From an uncultured archaeon (GTDB lineage Archaea; Asgardarchaeota; Lokiarchaeia; Sigyniarchaeales; SOKP01), in assembly GCA_964525635.1 (NCBI GenBank), contig CAZGJX010000014.1, forward strand, positions 1 to 50,532: a DNA stretch of 50,532 nucleotides, in the 5' to 3' direction. Position 1 is the stretch's first letter; the number at the start of each line of letters is the position of its first letter. Shown here in pieces: positions 8,276 to 18,556 of this stretch. Under the pieces are notes generated by a model. That model saw only the letters and a list, made by a program, of their open reading frames with translations. It was not told where the DNA came from and did not search any database. The translations under genes and the position numbers were made by a program.

Positions 8276-11200
8276 TTAAATTAAAATAGTTAAATCCTCT
8301 ATATCATTGATAAATTTATCTGTATAGTCATATATTTCTAAAGCATCTTCATTTGATAGAATTCCACAATTTTCCATTTCTTCTATTTCTAATTTAATAA
8401 GATTCAACTGATTTATTATTTGATTAATATTCATTTCTACAGAGTATGTACAATTTTCAGCTAAAACTATAAGTATATAGTCAAGATATCCCGATATTGC
8501 CCATAATTTATAATTTATGGATAATGTAATTATTCTATCGTAGCTATTGAATAATAAATCTCCGAATTGATTTATTTCAGCTTCAATATTTGCAACTTTC
8601 ATTGATAATTCTGTATTAACTATTCTTCCCATAATAAAGGTTATATTATCTCGTATTTTATGAATTTGTATTGATATATATTCACTATCATTTTCGGAAA
8701 TACAACCAACATTGTCCCAAAGATAAGCCATTAGATCAGCAAATTCTAAATTTACTTTCGAAAGACTTTCTAAAATTAATGTTTCTGTTGTATCATCTAA
8801 AGACATAGTAACTAATGCATTATCTAGATAATTTGAAGCTATCCAAAGGTGAATATCAATAGAGATACTAACCATGAATTCTTGATCATTAAAGATCTTA
8901 TCAGCTAATCGATCAATCTGAATTATTATATTTGCTGTGTCTAATGCACATTCCGTACCAATTATAGCTCCCATTGTTATTGTAATATGATCACGTATTT
9001 TATGTAATTCATTTATTATATAATAAGTAATATCTTCTGGGATCGCATTAAAATTATTGAAAATATATATGAAGAAGTCTGTCATATCTAAATTTGCTTT
9101 TGCAAGTTTGTTTAAAACTACTGATTTTGGCACGTCGGCTAAAATAAATGATTCTAAAGCAGATTCAACATTTACTTCTGCTCGAATTAATTGACTTTCA
9201 AGGATGAAATCATAAGGACAAGATACATTATCATCAATAAATAATTTCAATTCATTAATTTCCAAGAGAATATAGGACATCATATTAGCTGGTGACGTTT
9301 CAAAATGGTCGATTATAACTGTAGTTAAAGCATCATTAATAACATCGTTATCATTATCAACAACTTCTATCATTAATTCATGAGTTCCATATTCAATTAA
9401 CCAATTATCGCTTAGTGTAAATGTAAATGATGTTTCATCAGAATCTGGATTATAAGTAATACATAAAATATTGTCTATGTAAATATTAATAACGGATATA
9501 CCCTGATCATCTCCTTCATCTTCATTTAAAATATCAAAATTTACAGTTAGGTCTAATGGGTTATTTATCAAATCAAGATTTGATAAAATTGGGGCGTTCT
9601 GATCATCATCAATAATGGTAATATGAGCATTGAGAATTGAGGAATTATATTCTGAATTAATATAAACGTTAAAATCTTCTGAACCCCAATAAGTTGGTGT
9701 GAGGATCAATGAAAATGAATCCTGTTGTCCAGGATTTAGTGATAACATATCTGAATCCATTAATTCTGATGAAATTGAAATATTGTCATATGAGAAATTA
9801 AAATTCTGAGCCACATTTCCAAGATTTGTTAATTCAAATTCATAATTCCCAATTTCATGATCATAAATTGTGATTTCTGGTTCAGTACATTCAAATTCAA
9901 GATCGTAAAATTTTCCCACTTCGAATGATCCATCAATTACTATTAATTGGCCAAATATAGGATCCAATGCCGTTATATTACATGGATAAGATCCGGGTAG
10001 AGTATTGAAATTTCTTGGTGGTCTAATAATTAAACAAGGAACAGATTGTCCCGGATATATTACATGTTGTTGTACAAAGGGATCAGTATATTCTTCAGGA
10101 TATAAGTCTTCATAAATAAAAGTTGGATCAATTTCAGAGATATTTAAATATACAAGCTCAGGAATATTTCCATAATTTGTAATGTTTAAGATATATACTG
10201 TTTCTCCAGGAATAATTGGATTAGTCAAATTCTCAAGTTCAAATCTAAGATCACTAAATGAATTCATCCTGAAAGGAACCATTTGATTAAAAATAATATC
10301 ATCCTCCAATTTAATTATAAAATCAAAATAATAAACACCCGCAAGAATACTAGTATTTACTCTAGAGATGGTTAAAGGTATTGAAGATGATAGAGTACCT
10401 GTAAATGATAAAGGTGTTATCTCAAATTCGGGGGGAGCAAGAAACTCAAAAACTACATTGGGATCATCAACACCTTCCAACTGATAATTAAAATTGGTTG
10501 AATAAAATCCTGTTTCAGAATCTATATCCTGCATTTGAGTTGTATAAGATAACTCTATATTTGTTCTTAGTGGTAATTCATCTCGATAATTTATAAAATC
10601 AAACACATCATTCATAAAATTATCCCATGATAAAGGAATAATAAGATATCCATCAGATTCATCATAGGCAAGATAATCCCATAATATAGGCGGAAATATA
10701 GGTATTGGAATGGTTATACTAGTTAACGGAATTTCTATATTATAAAAATATATTGGATTTTTTGCTCTCACTCCTCTATTATAAAATCGTTCTACTAATG
10801 ATTGAAATTCTTCTTCTGAATTTGTTTTTAATAAATAATTATCTTCATTTAATTCAAGTCTGCTTTGAATATTTAAATATTCATTTACAGTTATTTTTAA
10901 TTCTTGTTGACGTAAGTTAATAATCTCATTAGCAGTGTCATAAGCATCCTTATATCTAAATTCTTCTTTAGCTTTGTAAAACTCTTCAATTAAATCATTA
11001 ATTTCAATTTTTTCAATTTCTTCAATTTTAATTGTATTATCATAAAAATCAGATATCGAGTTTTCTAGAACAGGTAATCCCAGAGAAATATTTTCATTAT
11101 ATCTATATCCTGTAACTCTTTGCCACCAGGGAACTACAATTATAATTTCAAATTTTTCCCAATCCATATCCATTTTCAAGTTTAAGTTTAATTCTGGAGC

Positions 11201-12481
11201 TGCTTTCGCTATAGTTATTGAATAATCAGCCTCAAAGGATTCTCCGGGATTATACCACCATTGACCAAATTTTCCTTGCCAACCCGCCCATTCACCTCCT
11301 TCTGCTGCGATATTAGCTCTGAACCAAACAGGTCTATCACCTGTATTTTTAGCATATATATGATAATTAATTATATCTCCTACTTCTAAACTACCATGTC
11401 TTCTCATATTTAGTTCCGTGGAAGCAGGAATTATTGGTCCAGTTCCTGTTAAAAACCCTTGTAAATCCTCAGGAATCATGTCTGGAGTATATATTGTCCA
11501 TTTAGGATTATTAAGTAGAGTTGTAAGCCATCCAGTTAAAAGACTTATTCCTGCTATAATTAATCCCGCAACAACCCCCCAAGGACCTGTTTCACTACAT
11601 GTCGCAGCAATTGCTAATCCAATCCCAATATCAAATGCTACTGTTATTGCAATTTTAGCTAGTTCCATCCAAAATGTATAATCACTAAGATCTCCAGATA
11701 TAAATTGAGCTATTAATGTACCAACTTCAAACACACTAATTAAAACTGCGAGTACAGCGATAGCTTTGCCAAGATATTTTGCTGAATTTAATAAACCATC
11801 CGCGATATTTTTTGCAAATGATGCTATAAAAACAATGGTACCAACGGTAATGCCTAACACACCTATTAATGCTGCACATGTAGATCCAGCAAGACGCATA
11901 AAGAATTCAGCTTCTCTACCACTATATTCTCCTGAGGCATAATCAGCGATCAGACGGAAAATTTCTGTTAAACCAAATATAAATGAAATCATTCCAATAG
12001 TAATTGATACTGCTCCAACAGCAATACCTTCTTTGATAGTTATCTGTCTTTCTGAATGAAGGTCACATGGATCAGCTTGAGGATCTATTTCTATACAAAC
12101 TTTTAAATTATCATAGGAATTCTCCAAATCTATTATTGTATCTCCTATATCATCTGTTCTTGCTAAAAAATCCTCCCACTCTATAATTGGATGATCTGGA
12201 TCCAATACTTCTCTGGCAACATAATCCATATATTCGTCAATTTCCCAACATTCATCAATAAGTCCTTTAAATTCATCAAGTTTCATTAATTTTTGAATAG
12301 ATGTAAAATCATCTCCTATACCTAGATCAAATCCAATAATATTTCCAAGATCATCAACTATCGCATAATTATTTTTAATATTTTCTGCTAAATTCCTATA
12401 CGGGTAAAAATCCACTGTTGGGTAATTTACAAGACCTTCTGGACTTAGAAAATAAGAAACTTTTTCATATAAGGAATCCAA
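8276..12481 (-). CDS. Very large putative surface/membrane protein (Gly/Ala-rich hydrophobic helices, tandem Ig-like domains, helical C-terminus); frame open upstream to about 12633
   Basis: 1401 aa, acidic. Five or six hydrophobic helices at aa ~150-325, repeated (I/L)TNxGN beta-sandwich motifs, and an IIDDDQNAPIL motif. Confidence 0.75.
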   Translation of the reverse strand: MDSLYEKVSYFLSPEGLVNYPTVDFYPYRNLAENIKNNYAIVDDLGNIIGFDLGIGDDFTSIQKLMKLDEFKGLIDECWEIDEYMDYVAREVLDPDHPIIEWEDFLARTDDIGDTIIDLENSYDNLKVCIEIDPQADPCDLHSERQITIKEGIAVGAVSITIGMISFIFGLTEIFRLIADYASGEYSGREAEFFMRLAGSTCAALIGVLGITVGTIVFIASFAKNIADGLLNSAKYLGKAIAVLAVLISVFEVGTLIAQFISGDLSDYTFWMELAKIAITVAFDIGIGLAIAATCSETGPWGVVAGLIIAGISLLTGWLTTLLNNPKWTIYTPDMIPEDLQGFLTGTGPIIPASTELNMRRHGSLEVGDIINYHIYAKNTGDRPVWFRANIAAEGGEWAGWQGKFGQWWYNPGESFEADYSITIAKAAPELNLNLKMDMDWEKFEIIIVVPWWQRVTGYRYNENISLGLPVLENSISDFYDNTIKIEEIEKIEINDLIEEFYKAKEEFRYKDAYDTANEIINLRQQELKITVNEYLNIQSRLELNEDNYLLKTNSEEEFQSLVERFYNRGVRAKNPIYFYNIEIPLTSITIPIPIFPPILWDYLAYDESDGYLIIPLSWDNFMNDVFDFINYRDELPLRTNIELSYTTQMQDIDSETGFYSTNFNYQLEGVDDPNVVFEFLAPPEFEITPLSFTGTLSSSIPLTISRVNTSILAGVYYFDFIIKLEDDIIFNQMVPFRMNSFSDLRFELENLTNPIIPGETVYILNITNYGNIPELVYLNISEIDPTFIYEDLYPEEYTDPFVQQHVIYPGQSVPCLIIRPPRNFNTLPGSYPCNITALDPIFGQLIVIDGSFEVGKFYDLEFECTEPEITIYDHEIGNYEFELTNLGNVAQNFNFSYDNISISSELMDSDMLSLNPGQQDSFSLILTPTYWGSEDFNVYINSEYNSSILNAHITIIDDDQNAPILSNLDLINNPLDLTVNFDILNEDEGDDQGISVINIYIDNILCITYNPDSDETSFTFTLSDNWLIEYGTHELMIEVVDNDNDVINDALTTVIIDHFETSPANMMSYILLEINELKLFIDDNVSCPYDFILESQLIRAEVNVESALESFILADVPKSVVLNKLAKANLDMTDFFIYIFNNFNAIPEDITYYIINELHKIRDHITITMGAIIGTECALDTANIIIQIDRLADKIFNDQEFMVSISIDIHLWIASNYLDNALVTMSLDDTTETLILESLSKVNLEFADLMAYLWDNVGCISENDSEYISIQIHKIRDNITFIMGRIVNTELSMKVANIEAEINQFGDLLFNSYDRIITLSINYKLWAISGYLDYILIVLAENCTYSVEMNINQIINQLNLIKLEIEEMENCGILSNEDALEIYDYTDKFINDIEDLTILI

Positions 12482-12558
12482 AGAATCATATACATCATCT
12501 AAGAATTTATTATAATCTATATAAATAGGGATAGAATATTTATTAAAGAATCTTCCCC

Positions 12559-12702
12559 CTAATTCAACATCTCTCCACCTATTATCAAAGATTTCTTTAT
12601 AGATATCATATTCGCATTTAAAATTGAAATACTACTAGAAAAAATAATTAAAATCAATAGACAAATTCCTTTAATTTTTGTTTGAATTCTCTTGAAATTC
12701 AT
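12559..12702 (-). CDS. 47-aa ORF encoding a signal peptide; probable true N-terminus of the 1401-aa protein, out of frame
   Basis: AGGTGA RBS, then MNFKRIQTKIKGICLLILIIFSSSISILNA... It overlaps the open frame of the downstream large ORF. Confidence 0.65.
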   Translation of the reverse strand: MNFKRIQTKIKGICLLILIIFSSSISILNANMISIKKSLIIGGEMLN

Positions 12703-12828
12703 TAATCATTCACCTGATTATAATTTTTAATTTTGGACTAGTATATTTATTATATAAATATTTTGATATTATTATATTAATAATTCACTGAATTTTACAA
12801 TTTTTTAAGAATATTTGAAAATTTAAAT

Positions 12829-14355
12829 ATGCATAAAGATTATGTAATCATTAATAGAGAGTTAATAAAAGTAAAATATAGAAGTCATCAAAAAACTTAC
12901 AGTTATTTAGAACTCAATAATAAAGAAATTAGAGATATCTTTGAAATCAAAGGATTAGAAACTTTAAATTATTTAGAAGAGTTAGATCTCAGCAACAATA
13001 AAATTTCTAAAATTAAAGGTCTTGATAGCTTGACGAATTTGAAGGCCCTTAATTTATCGAGAAATACTATTAAGAAAATAAAAGGTCTTTCTAATTTAAA
13101 TAATTTAAAGTATTTAAATCTTGAAGAAAATAAAATAACGGAAATTGAGAATCTTGAAGATCTTATCAATCTAAAGATGCTAAATTTATCAAATAATCCA
13201 ATAGATTGGATTATTTCAAATAAATTAAATTTACATAAAGGTTTATTATTTACTAATAATGTTGAAAAAATATTGCAATATTGTTTCAAGAAAAAAATTC
13301 AGAAGCAACAAGTTAAAAATCAAGAGTATATTAAATATAAGGATGAAGTTTATTATCCTTTAAAGAATCATTTAAATCTAAGTAATATAGGAATTGATGA
13401 TCTTTCAGAAATTAAAAGATTTGAAAAAATTCCAAAATTAAAATCGTTAAATCTTTCATACAATATAATTTCTATAGTTAGAGATTTAAATAATCTTAAA
13501 AATTTAAGATCTCTAGATTTGAGTCATAATAAGATAGAACAAATAATAGATTTGCAAAGTCTTCAAAATCTTAAACATTTAAATATCTCACATAATAAAA
13601 TTAAAAAAATAGATTTTTTAACTAAATTACCTAATCTAAATTCAGTAAATCTTAGTTTTAACAAATTAAATGAAATTAAAGGTTTAAATATGTTACAAAA
13701 TCTTATACATATAGATATTAGATCTAATAATCTTCAAAATTTGAAAGGAATAGAGGAACTTGTAAATATTGAAGAATTAAATCTTTCTCGGAATAAAATT
13801 GAAAATATCCCTTTACTTTATTTATTAAAAAAATTAAGAAAGCTAAATCTTTCATATAATAAAATTAGAAATATAAATAATTTAAATAATCTAAGAAATT
13901 TAGAATATTTATCATTAAATTCAAATAATATTAGTTCTATTGTAGGTCTTGAAACTTTAGAAAATTTAAAATACTTAAATTTATCATGGAATAAACTTAG
14001 TGATATTACTTCTATTGAAAATCTTGAATGTCTGACTTTTCTAAATTTAAATAAAAACAAAATTGTAAATAGTGATGAGCTTGGGAAAATTATTTCCCTT
14101 GAACATTTATATTTGAATGATAATTATATTTCTAATGTTTCTCCTTTAGGTAATCTAAAAAAATTAAAAAGATTGAGTCTTGACAATAATCAAATAATTA
14201 AATTTAATATTCTTAAAAGTTTGCCTAATTTAAGAGTACTTTCTTTGAAGAATAATCCTTTAATAAATGTAATAGAAATTAAAACCTATAAGAATATAGA
14301 TTTTATATATTTGAATGAAAAGAATAATAATAGTATTGATAATAAAAGGAAATAA
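12829..14355 (+). CDS. Leucine-rich repeat protein (SDS22/internalin-like 22-aa repeats)
   Basis: Numerous LxxLxLxxNxIxxIxxL repeats arranged in two blocks. Confidence 0.93.
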   Translation: MHKDYVIINRELIKVKYRSHQKTYSYLELNNKEIRDIFEIKGLETLNYLEELDLSNNKISKIKGLDSLTNLKALNLSRNTIKKIKGLSNLNNLKYLNLEENKITEIENLEDLINLKMLNLSNNPIDWIISNKLNLHKGLLFTNNVEKILQYCFKKKIQKQQVKNQEYIKYKDEVYYPLKNHLNLSNIGIDDLSEIKRFEKIPKLKSLNLSYNIISIVRDLNNLKNLRSLDLSHNKIEQIIDLQSLQNLKHLNISHNKIKKIDFLTKLPNLNSVNLSFNKLNEIKGLNMLQNLIHIDIRSNNLQNLKGIEELVNIEELNLSRNKIENIPLLYLLKKLRKLNLSYNKIRNINNLNNLRNLEYLSLNSNNISSIVGLETLENLKYLNLSWNKLSDITSIENLECLTFLNLNKNKIVNSDELGKIISLEHLYLNDNYISNVSPLGNLKKLKRLSLDNNQIIKFNILKSLPNLRVLSLKNNPLINVIEIKTYKNIDFIYLNEKNNNSIDNKRK

Positions 14356-14390
14356 TATAATTTTTCCAAAGATTCATAGTAGTAGATAAA

Positions 14391-14573
14391 TTAATGTCTC
14401 ATTTTTTTAAATAGATAATAGGAACTAAATATTAATATTTCACTTATTATAAAAAATATAAAATAGAAGATTAATAGAAAATTTCTTTCAATTATATTAA
14501 AAAATATAATTAAGAATAATATAGATAACAAAATACCTGAAGCCATTAATATATAAACAGTAATAATCCTCAT
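14391..14573 (-). CDS. Small two-TM hypothetical protein
   Basis: 60 aa, two hydrophobic helices and a basic C-terminus; could be a spurious ORF in AT-rich DNA. Confidence 0.4.
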   Translation of the reverse strand: MRIITVYILMASGILLSILFLIIFFNIIERNFLLIFYFIFFIISEILIFSSYYLFKKMRH

Positions 14574-14821
14574 AATATCTGACTGATTTTAGATTAAATA
14601 GGAATATCTTTATTTATTATAATTAGATTTTCATATTTAATATTTATGTATATAAAAATGATATTAATTGTATTTCCAAGATACTTAAATAGTTTCCATA
14701 AAAATATTTTTAAATGAACTTTACAAAAATATTATAATAATAACTTAAAATTCAAAATAAAACAAAAAAAAGGGATAAAAATTTCAAAAAAAAAAAATTA
14801 TCTTTTTTATTTTTATCAATC

Positions 14822-17800
14822 TTGATAATTTCATCATCAAATTGGGGTAATTATATCAATAAATATAATTTGAAAGAGGAAAGTTTTGAATTAAACAATC
14901 TACAAATATCATATGACACTGACTCTATTTTATTCGATGGATTTTACTATAATTGGTATGCTATTATAAATGATAATCCATTAGGATTTGTTAATGGCAT
15001 TGAAAATTATACATATGAGAGTAATAACATTTTTAAATGTAATGAAACAACTATTTTTGGAACAGGTGATCCTTACTATGAGGAAAGAAATGTAAATAAC
15101 AAAACAAGATTATATGATACATCATTAATTTGGGGGAATGGAAAGTATGATTGGGTTTGGATTTTTCGTAATACAACTTTTAACACTAAAAATATTCCAA
15201 TCGCTACTTTTGAAGGTGGAACTCCTGAAGAAGAACACTTATTTAATGTTACAGGAGAATCTTTTATCAATTTATATGACTCTCTTTATGATGTTTGGGT
15301 ATTAGAAGATGATCGGGGGAGCATTGCCTATTATGAAAAGAATACTGGTATTTTAATAAAAGGATTTTTCTATTTTGCAGGTTCAAATACATGGGAAATT
15401 AATATGACTGAAACAAATGTTATTTTTCCATCTAATATAAATACCCCTCAATTAAAAAATCCTAATTTAAATCTAATGATCGGAAACTTAACTACTAATT
15501 TCAGATTTATAGTAAACTATTCTGATGCTGATAATAATATACCGACCTCCATCAATGTAGTAATAAATAATACAGCTTATAGAATGACCAAACAAGATCT
15601 AGGAGATACAAATTATACTAATGGTGTCTTATATGAATATCAAACATTTCTAAAATATGGAACATATAATTACTTCTTTAATGCATCTGATGGAGTATTT
15701 TCTACCTCAACAAGCACTTTTTCTGGTCCTAAAGTGTATTATAATAACTCATATTCACCAATACTGAACCAAGGTACAGTAGATCCACAATTAGGATATA
15801 ATGCAACAACAGAATTTCTATTTCGAGTGAATTATTCAGATACTGATAATAATCCCCCTGAATATATCAATGTTGAGATAAACAATACTGTATATTCGAT
15901 GATAAAAGAGGATGAGTCTGATTTAAATTATATGGATGGTACATTTTTTAGATATCCAATAATATTAAATGATACAGGTTATTATATTTTTAATTTTACG
16001 GCATTTGATGGGATTAATACCGTTTATCTTCCAGGAACGGGATTTTATCATAATCCAAATGTGACGAGACATGATTTAAATGATATAAATATTGGATGGA
16101 TAGTTACTCATGGAGAAGATTCTAATACCTCATATTCTACATTTTTAAATGATGCATTAGGTCTAGGAGCAACATCTAGCCAGTTCCATAAAGATATAAG
16201 CCCTTCTACTTTATATCCATATGAATTACTTATGCTTGAAGAAGGCGGAGATGCTTGGTCAAAACAGGAATTAATAAATCTACATTATTGGATTGAGAAT
16301 GGAGGAGCATTATTAATTATTGGAGATAATCTAGGGAATGCTCAATTAAGTGTAAGTAATTATTTTAATATATCTTATTCATCTTTAAGTGGAACCATAG
16401 GTTCATCTGCTCAAATTTATCATCCCCATTATCTTACAGTAGAAATAAACAATTTATTCTTCGATAATTCAATTGCATCAATTAATATTAGTAATTCTAA
16501 TTCAAATTTGCAGATTATAGCTAACGCATCGAATGGAAGAGCTCAAATATGCCTATTAGAATTAGGGATGGGAAAGATTTTATGGATTGTAGATGAGATT
16601 TTAGATAATACTCAAATCTCAAGTGCAAATAACCGATTATTTGGATTAAATGTTTTAAGATGGATGAGTGAAAATAAAGTGAATAATTTTATTCCTGATC
16701 TTTCTAGTGCCAACGTGGACCCTATTGAAGGTAATACGACAACTTTTTTCAATTTCTCAGTAATATATACAGATCAAGATAATAATGGCCCTATGAATAT
16801 TAGCTTAAATATTAATGGGAATATTTACCAAATGGAAAAACAAGATCCTTTAGATTTTGATTATAAGGACGGTGTTGTGTTTAAAACTATTACTACATTA
16901 CAAAACGGAACTTATTATTATTTTATAAATGCTTCTGATGGTGAAAATAATATAAGTACATCAGTTTTAGTGGGTCCAAATGTGAATTATAATAATATTA
17001 ATCCACCAGAATTAACTTTTGGAATGGTATTACCAATTGAAGGTTATGAACATCAATTTTTTACATTTCAAGTTAATTATTCAGATAAAGATAATAATGC
17101 ACCTAAATATCTGAATATAACTATCGATGGAAATTCATATGAAATGTATAAAATTGATCCATTGGACGACTATTATCTTGATGGAGTGATCTATGAATAT
17201 AAAACATTATTAGATATTGGATCACATCTATATTTTTTTAATACATCTGATGGAGTCTTTGATTCTTCAACTATAATGTTTTTTGGTCCTTTAGTGAATT
17301 CATCACCATTAAAAGATATGAGAATAGGGTGGATTACAGCACATGGAGAAAATTCATACACATTATATCATAATGATCTTATAAATGATGCTATTCATAT
17401 GGGAGCAGAAGTTGCTATAATAAGCTCATCAATAAATAATATTATATTACAAGATCTTGATATAATAGTGGTAAATGACGGAGGAGTTAGCTGGGCAACT
17501 AATGAATTAGATTATTTAGAAGATTGGATAATTAATGGTCATTCTGTTTTAATTTTGGGAGATAATCGTGATAATTCTCAGGTGAGTGTAAGTTCAAGAT
17601 TTAAAGTGTATTATTCAAGTCAATCGGGTTATGGAGGGAATTCAACTCAAATTTATCATCCTCATGATATTACAAATGGAGTATCAGAGGTAAATTTTCC
17701 ATATCCTACATGTTCAATTTCATCCAGTTCAAACATATATTTAACTCCAATTATAAATGATACTTCTGGAAATTACAATTATGTAAGTTATTTACAATAT

Positions 17801-18343
17801 GGTTCAGGAAAATTATTGTGGATTACAGATGATAGCTTTTCAGATCTTTATCTTAACCGAGCAGATAATAATTTATTGGCGAATAATACCTGGAAATGGC
17901 TAGCAAATACTGCTCTGAATCAAAATGCACCTAATATTACTAAGGTTGAAGTTATCCCCTCCACAGGATATTCTAATACTCAATTCCGTTTCTATTTATA
18001 TTATTCAGATTTGGATGGTTCTGCTCCAATAGAAGTTTCAATCGTATTAAATGGAACTTCATATCAAATGAAAAGACAAGATGTATTTAATGAGAATTAT
18101 ATGGATTCTGTAACATATAAATTTTCCATTACATTATCTGCTGGAACATATAATTATTACTTTAACATAACTGATGGAAAATATAATACAAGTCATCCTT
18201 TAGGTGAATTGCAATTGATAGTTAAAGAGAAAACAAATGGAGGAGATAATACTCTAATTATCATTTTAGGAATTACTATTCCTATTGGAATCATAGCTGT
18301 TGCTGTAATTGTAATCCTAATAAAAAGAAGAAACGTAATATAA
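14822..18343 (+). CDS. Membrane-anchored extracellular glycoprotein with five Ig-like repeats and two GATase1-like/GIFT (IFT52/GldG/DUF4350-like) domains
   Basis: Five copies of FxVNYSDxDNNxP...YxMxKxD...DG...YxFNxSDG and two copies of IGWIxxHGE...ELxxLxxWIxNGxxxLIxGDN...GKxLWI...NN. C-terminal TM plus KRR, and many NxS/T sequons. Confidence 0.82.
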   Translation: MIISSSNWGNYINKYNLKEESFELNNLQISYDTDSILFDGFYYNWYAIINDNPLGFVNGIENYTYESNNIFKCNETTIFGTGDPYYEERNVNNKTRLYDTSLIWGNGKYDWVWIFRNTTFNTKNIPIATFEGGTPEEEHLFNVTGESFINLYDSLYDVWVLEDDRGSIAYYEKNTGILIKGFFYFAGSNTWEINMTETNVIFPSNINTPQLKNPNLNLMIGNLTTNFRFIVNYSDADNNIPTSINVVINNTAYRMTKQDLGDTNYTNGVLYEYQTFLKYGTYNYFFNASDGVFSTSTSTFSGPKVYYNNSYSPILNQGTVDPQLGYNATTEFLFRVNYSDTDNNPPEYINVEINNTVYSMIKEDESDLNYMDGTFFRYPIILNDTGYYIFNFTAFDGINTVYLPGTGFYHNPNVTRHDLNDINIGWIVTHGEDSNTSYSTFLNDALGLGATSSQFHKDISPSTLYPYELLMLEEGGDAWSKQELINLHYWIENGGALLIIGDNLGNAQLSVSNYFNISYSSLSGTIGSSAQIYHPHYLTVEINNLFFDNSIASINISNSNSNLQIIANASNGRAQICLLELGMGKILWIVDEILDNTQISSANNRLFGLNVLRWMSENKVNNFIPDLSSANVDPIEGNTTTFFNFSVIYTDQDNNGPMNISLNINGNIYQMEKQDPLDFDYKDGVVFKTITTLQNGTYYYFINASDGENNISTSVLVGPNVNYNNINPPELTFGMVLPIEGYEHQFFTFQVNYSDKDNNAPKYLNITIDGNSYEMYKIDPLDDYYLDGVIYEYKTLLDIGSHLYFFNTSDGVFDSSTIMFFGPLVNSSPLKDMRIGWITAHGENSYTLYHNDLINDAIHMGAEVAIISSSINNIILQDLDIIVVNDGGVSWATNELDYLEDWIINGHSVLILGDNRDNSQVSVSSRFKVYYSSQSGYGGNSTQIYHPHDITNGVSEVNFPYPTCSISSSSNIYLTPIINDTSGNYNYVSYLQYGSGKLLWITDDSFSDLYLNRADNNLLANNTWKWLANTALNQNAPNITKVEVIPSTGYSNTQFRFYLYYSDLDGSAPIEVSIVLNGTSYQMKRQDVFNENYMDSVTYKFSITLSAGTYNYYFNITDGKYNTSHPLGELQLIVKEKTNGGDNTLIIILGITIPIGIIAVAVIVILIKRRNVI

Positions 18344-18556
18344 ATTTATTTTATTAATTTTTATATTTTTTTCTTATATAGGGAGGTTAATTATCAGATA
18401 AAGTATAAAATGATAGATAACTTTCATTTCTTCTCAAAAATAAAACAGTAAAAAATTTATTTTAAAAATGTTAAGATTTAATATTTAAAACTTATTAATA
18501 ATAATAGAAATTTTGCATAAACTAATTAAAGAATATTTTTGAAAAAATAAAAAAAA

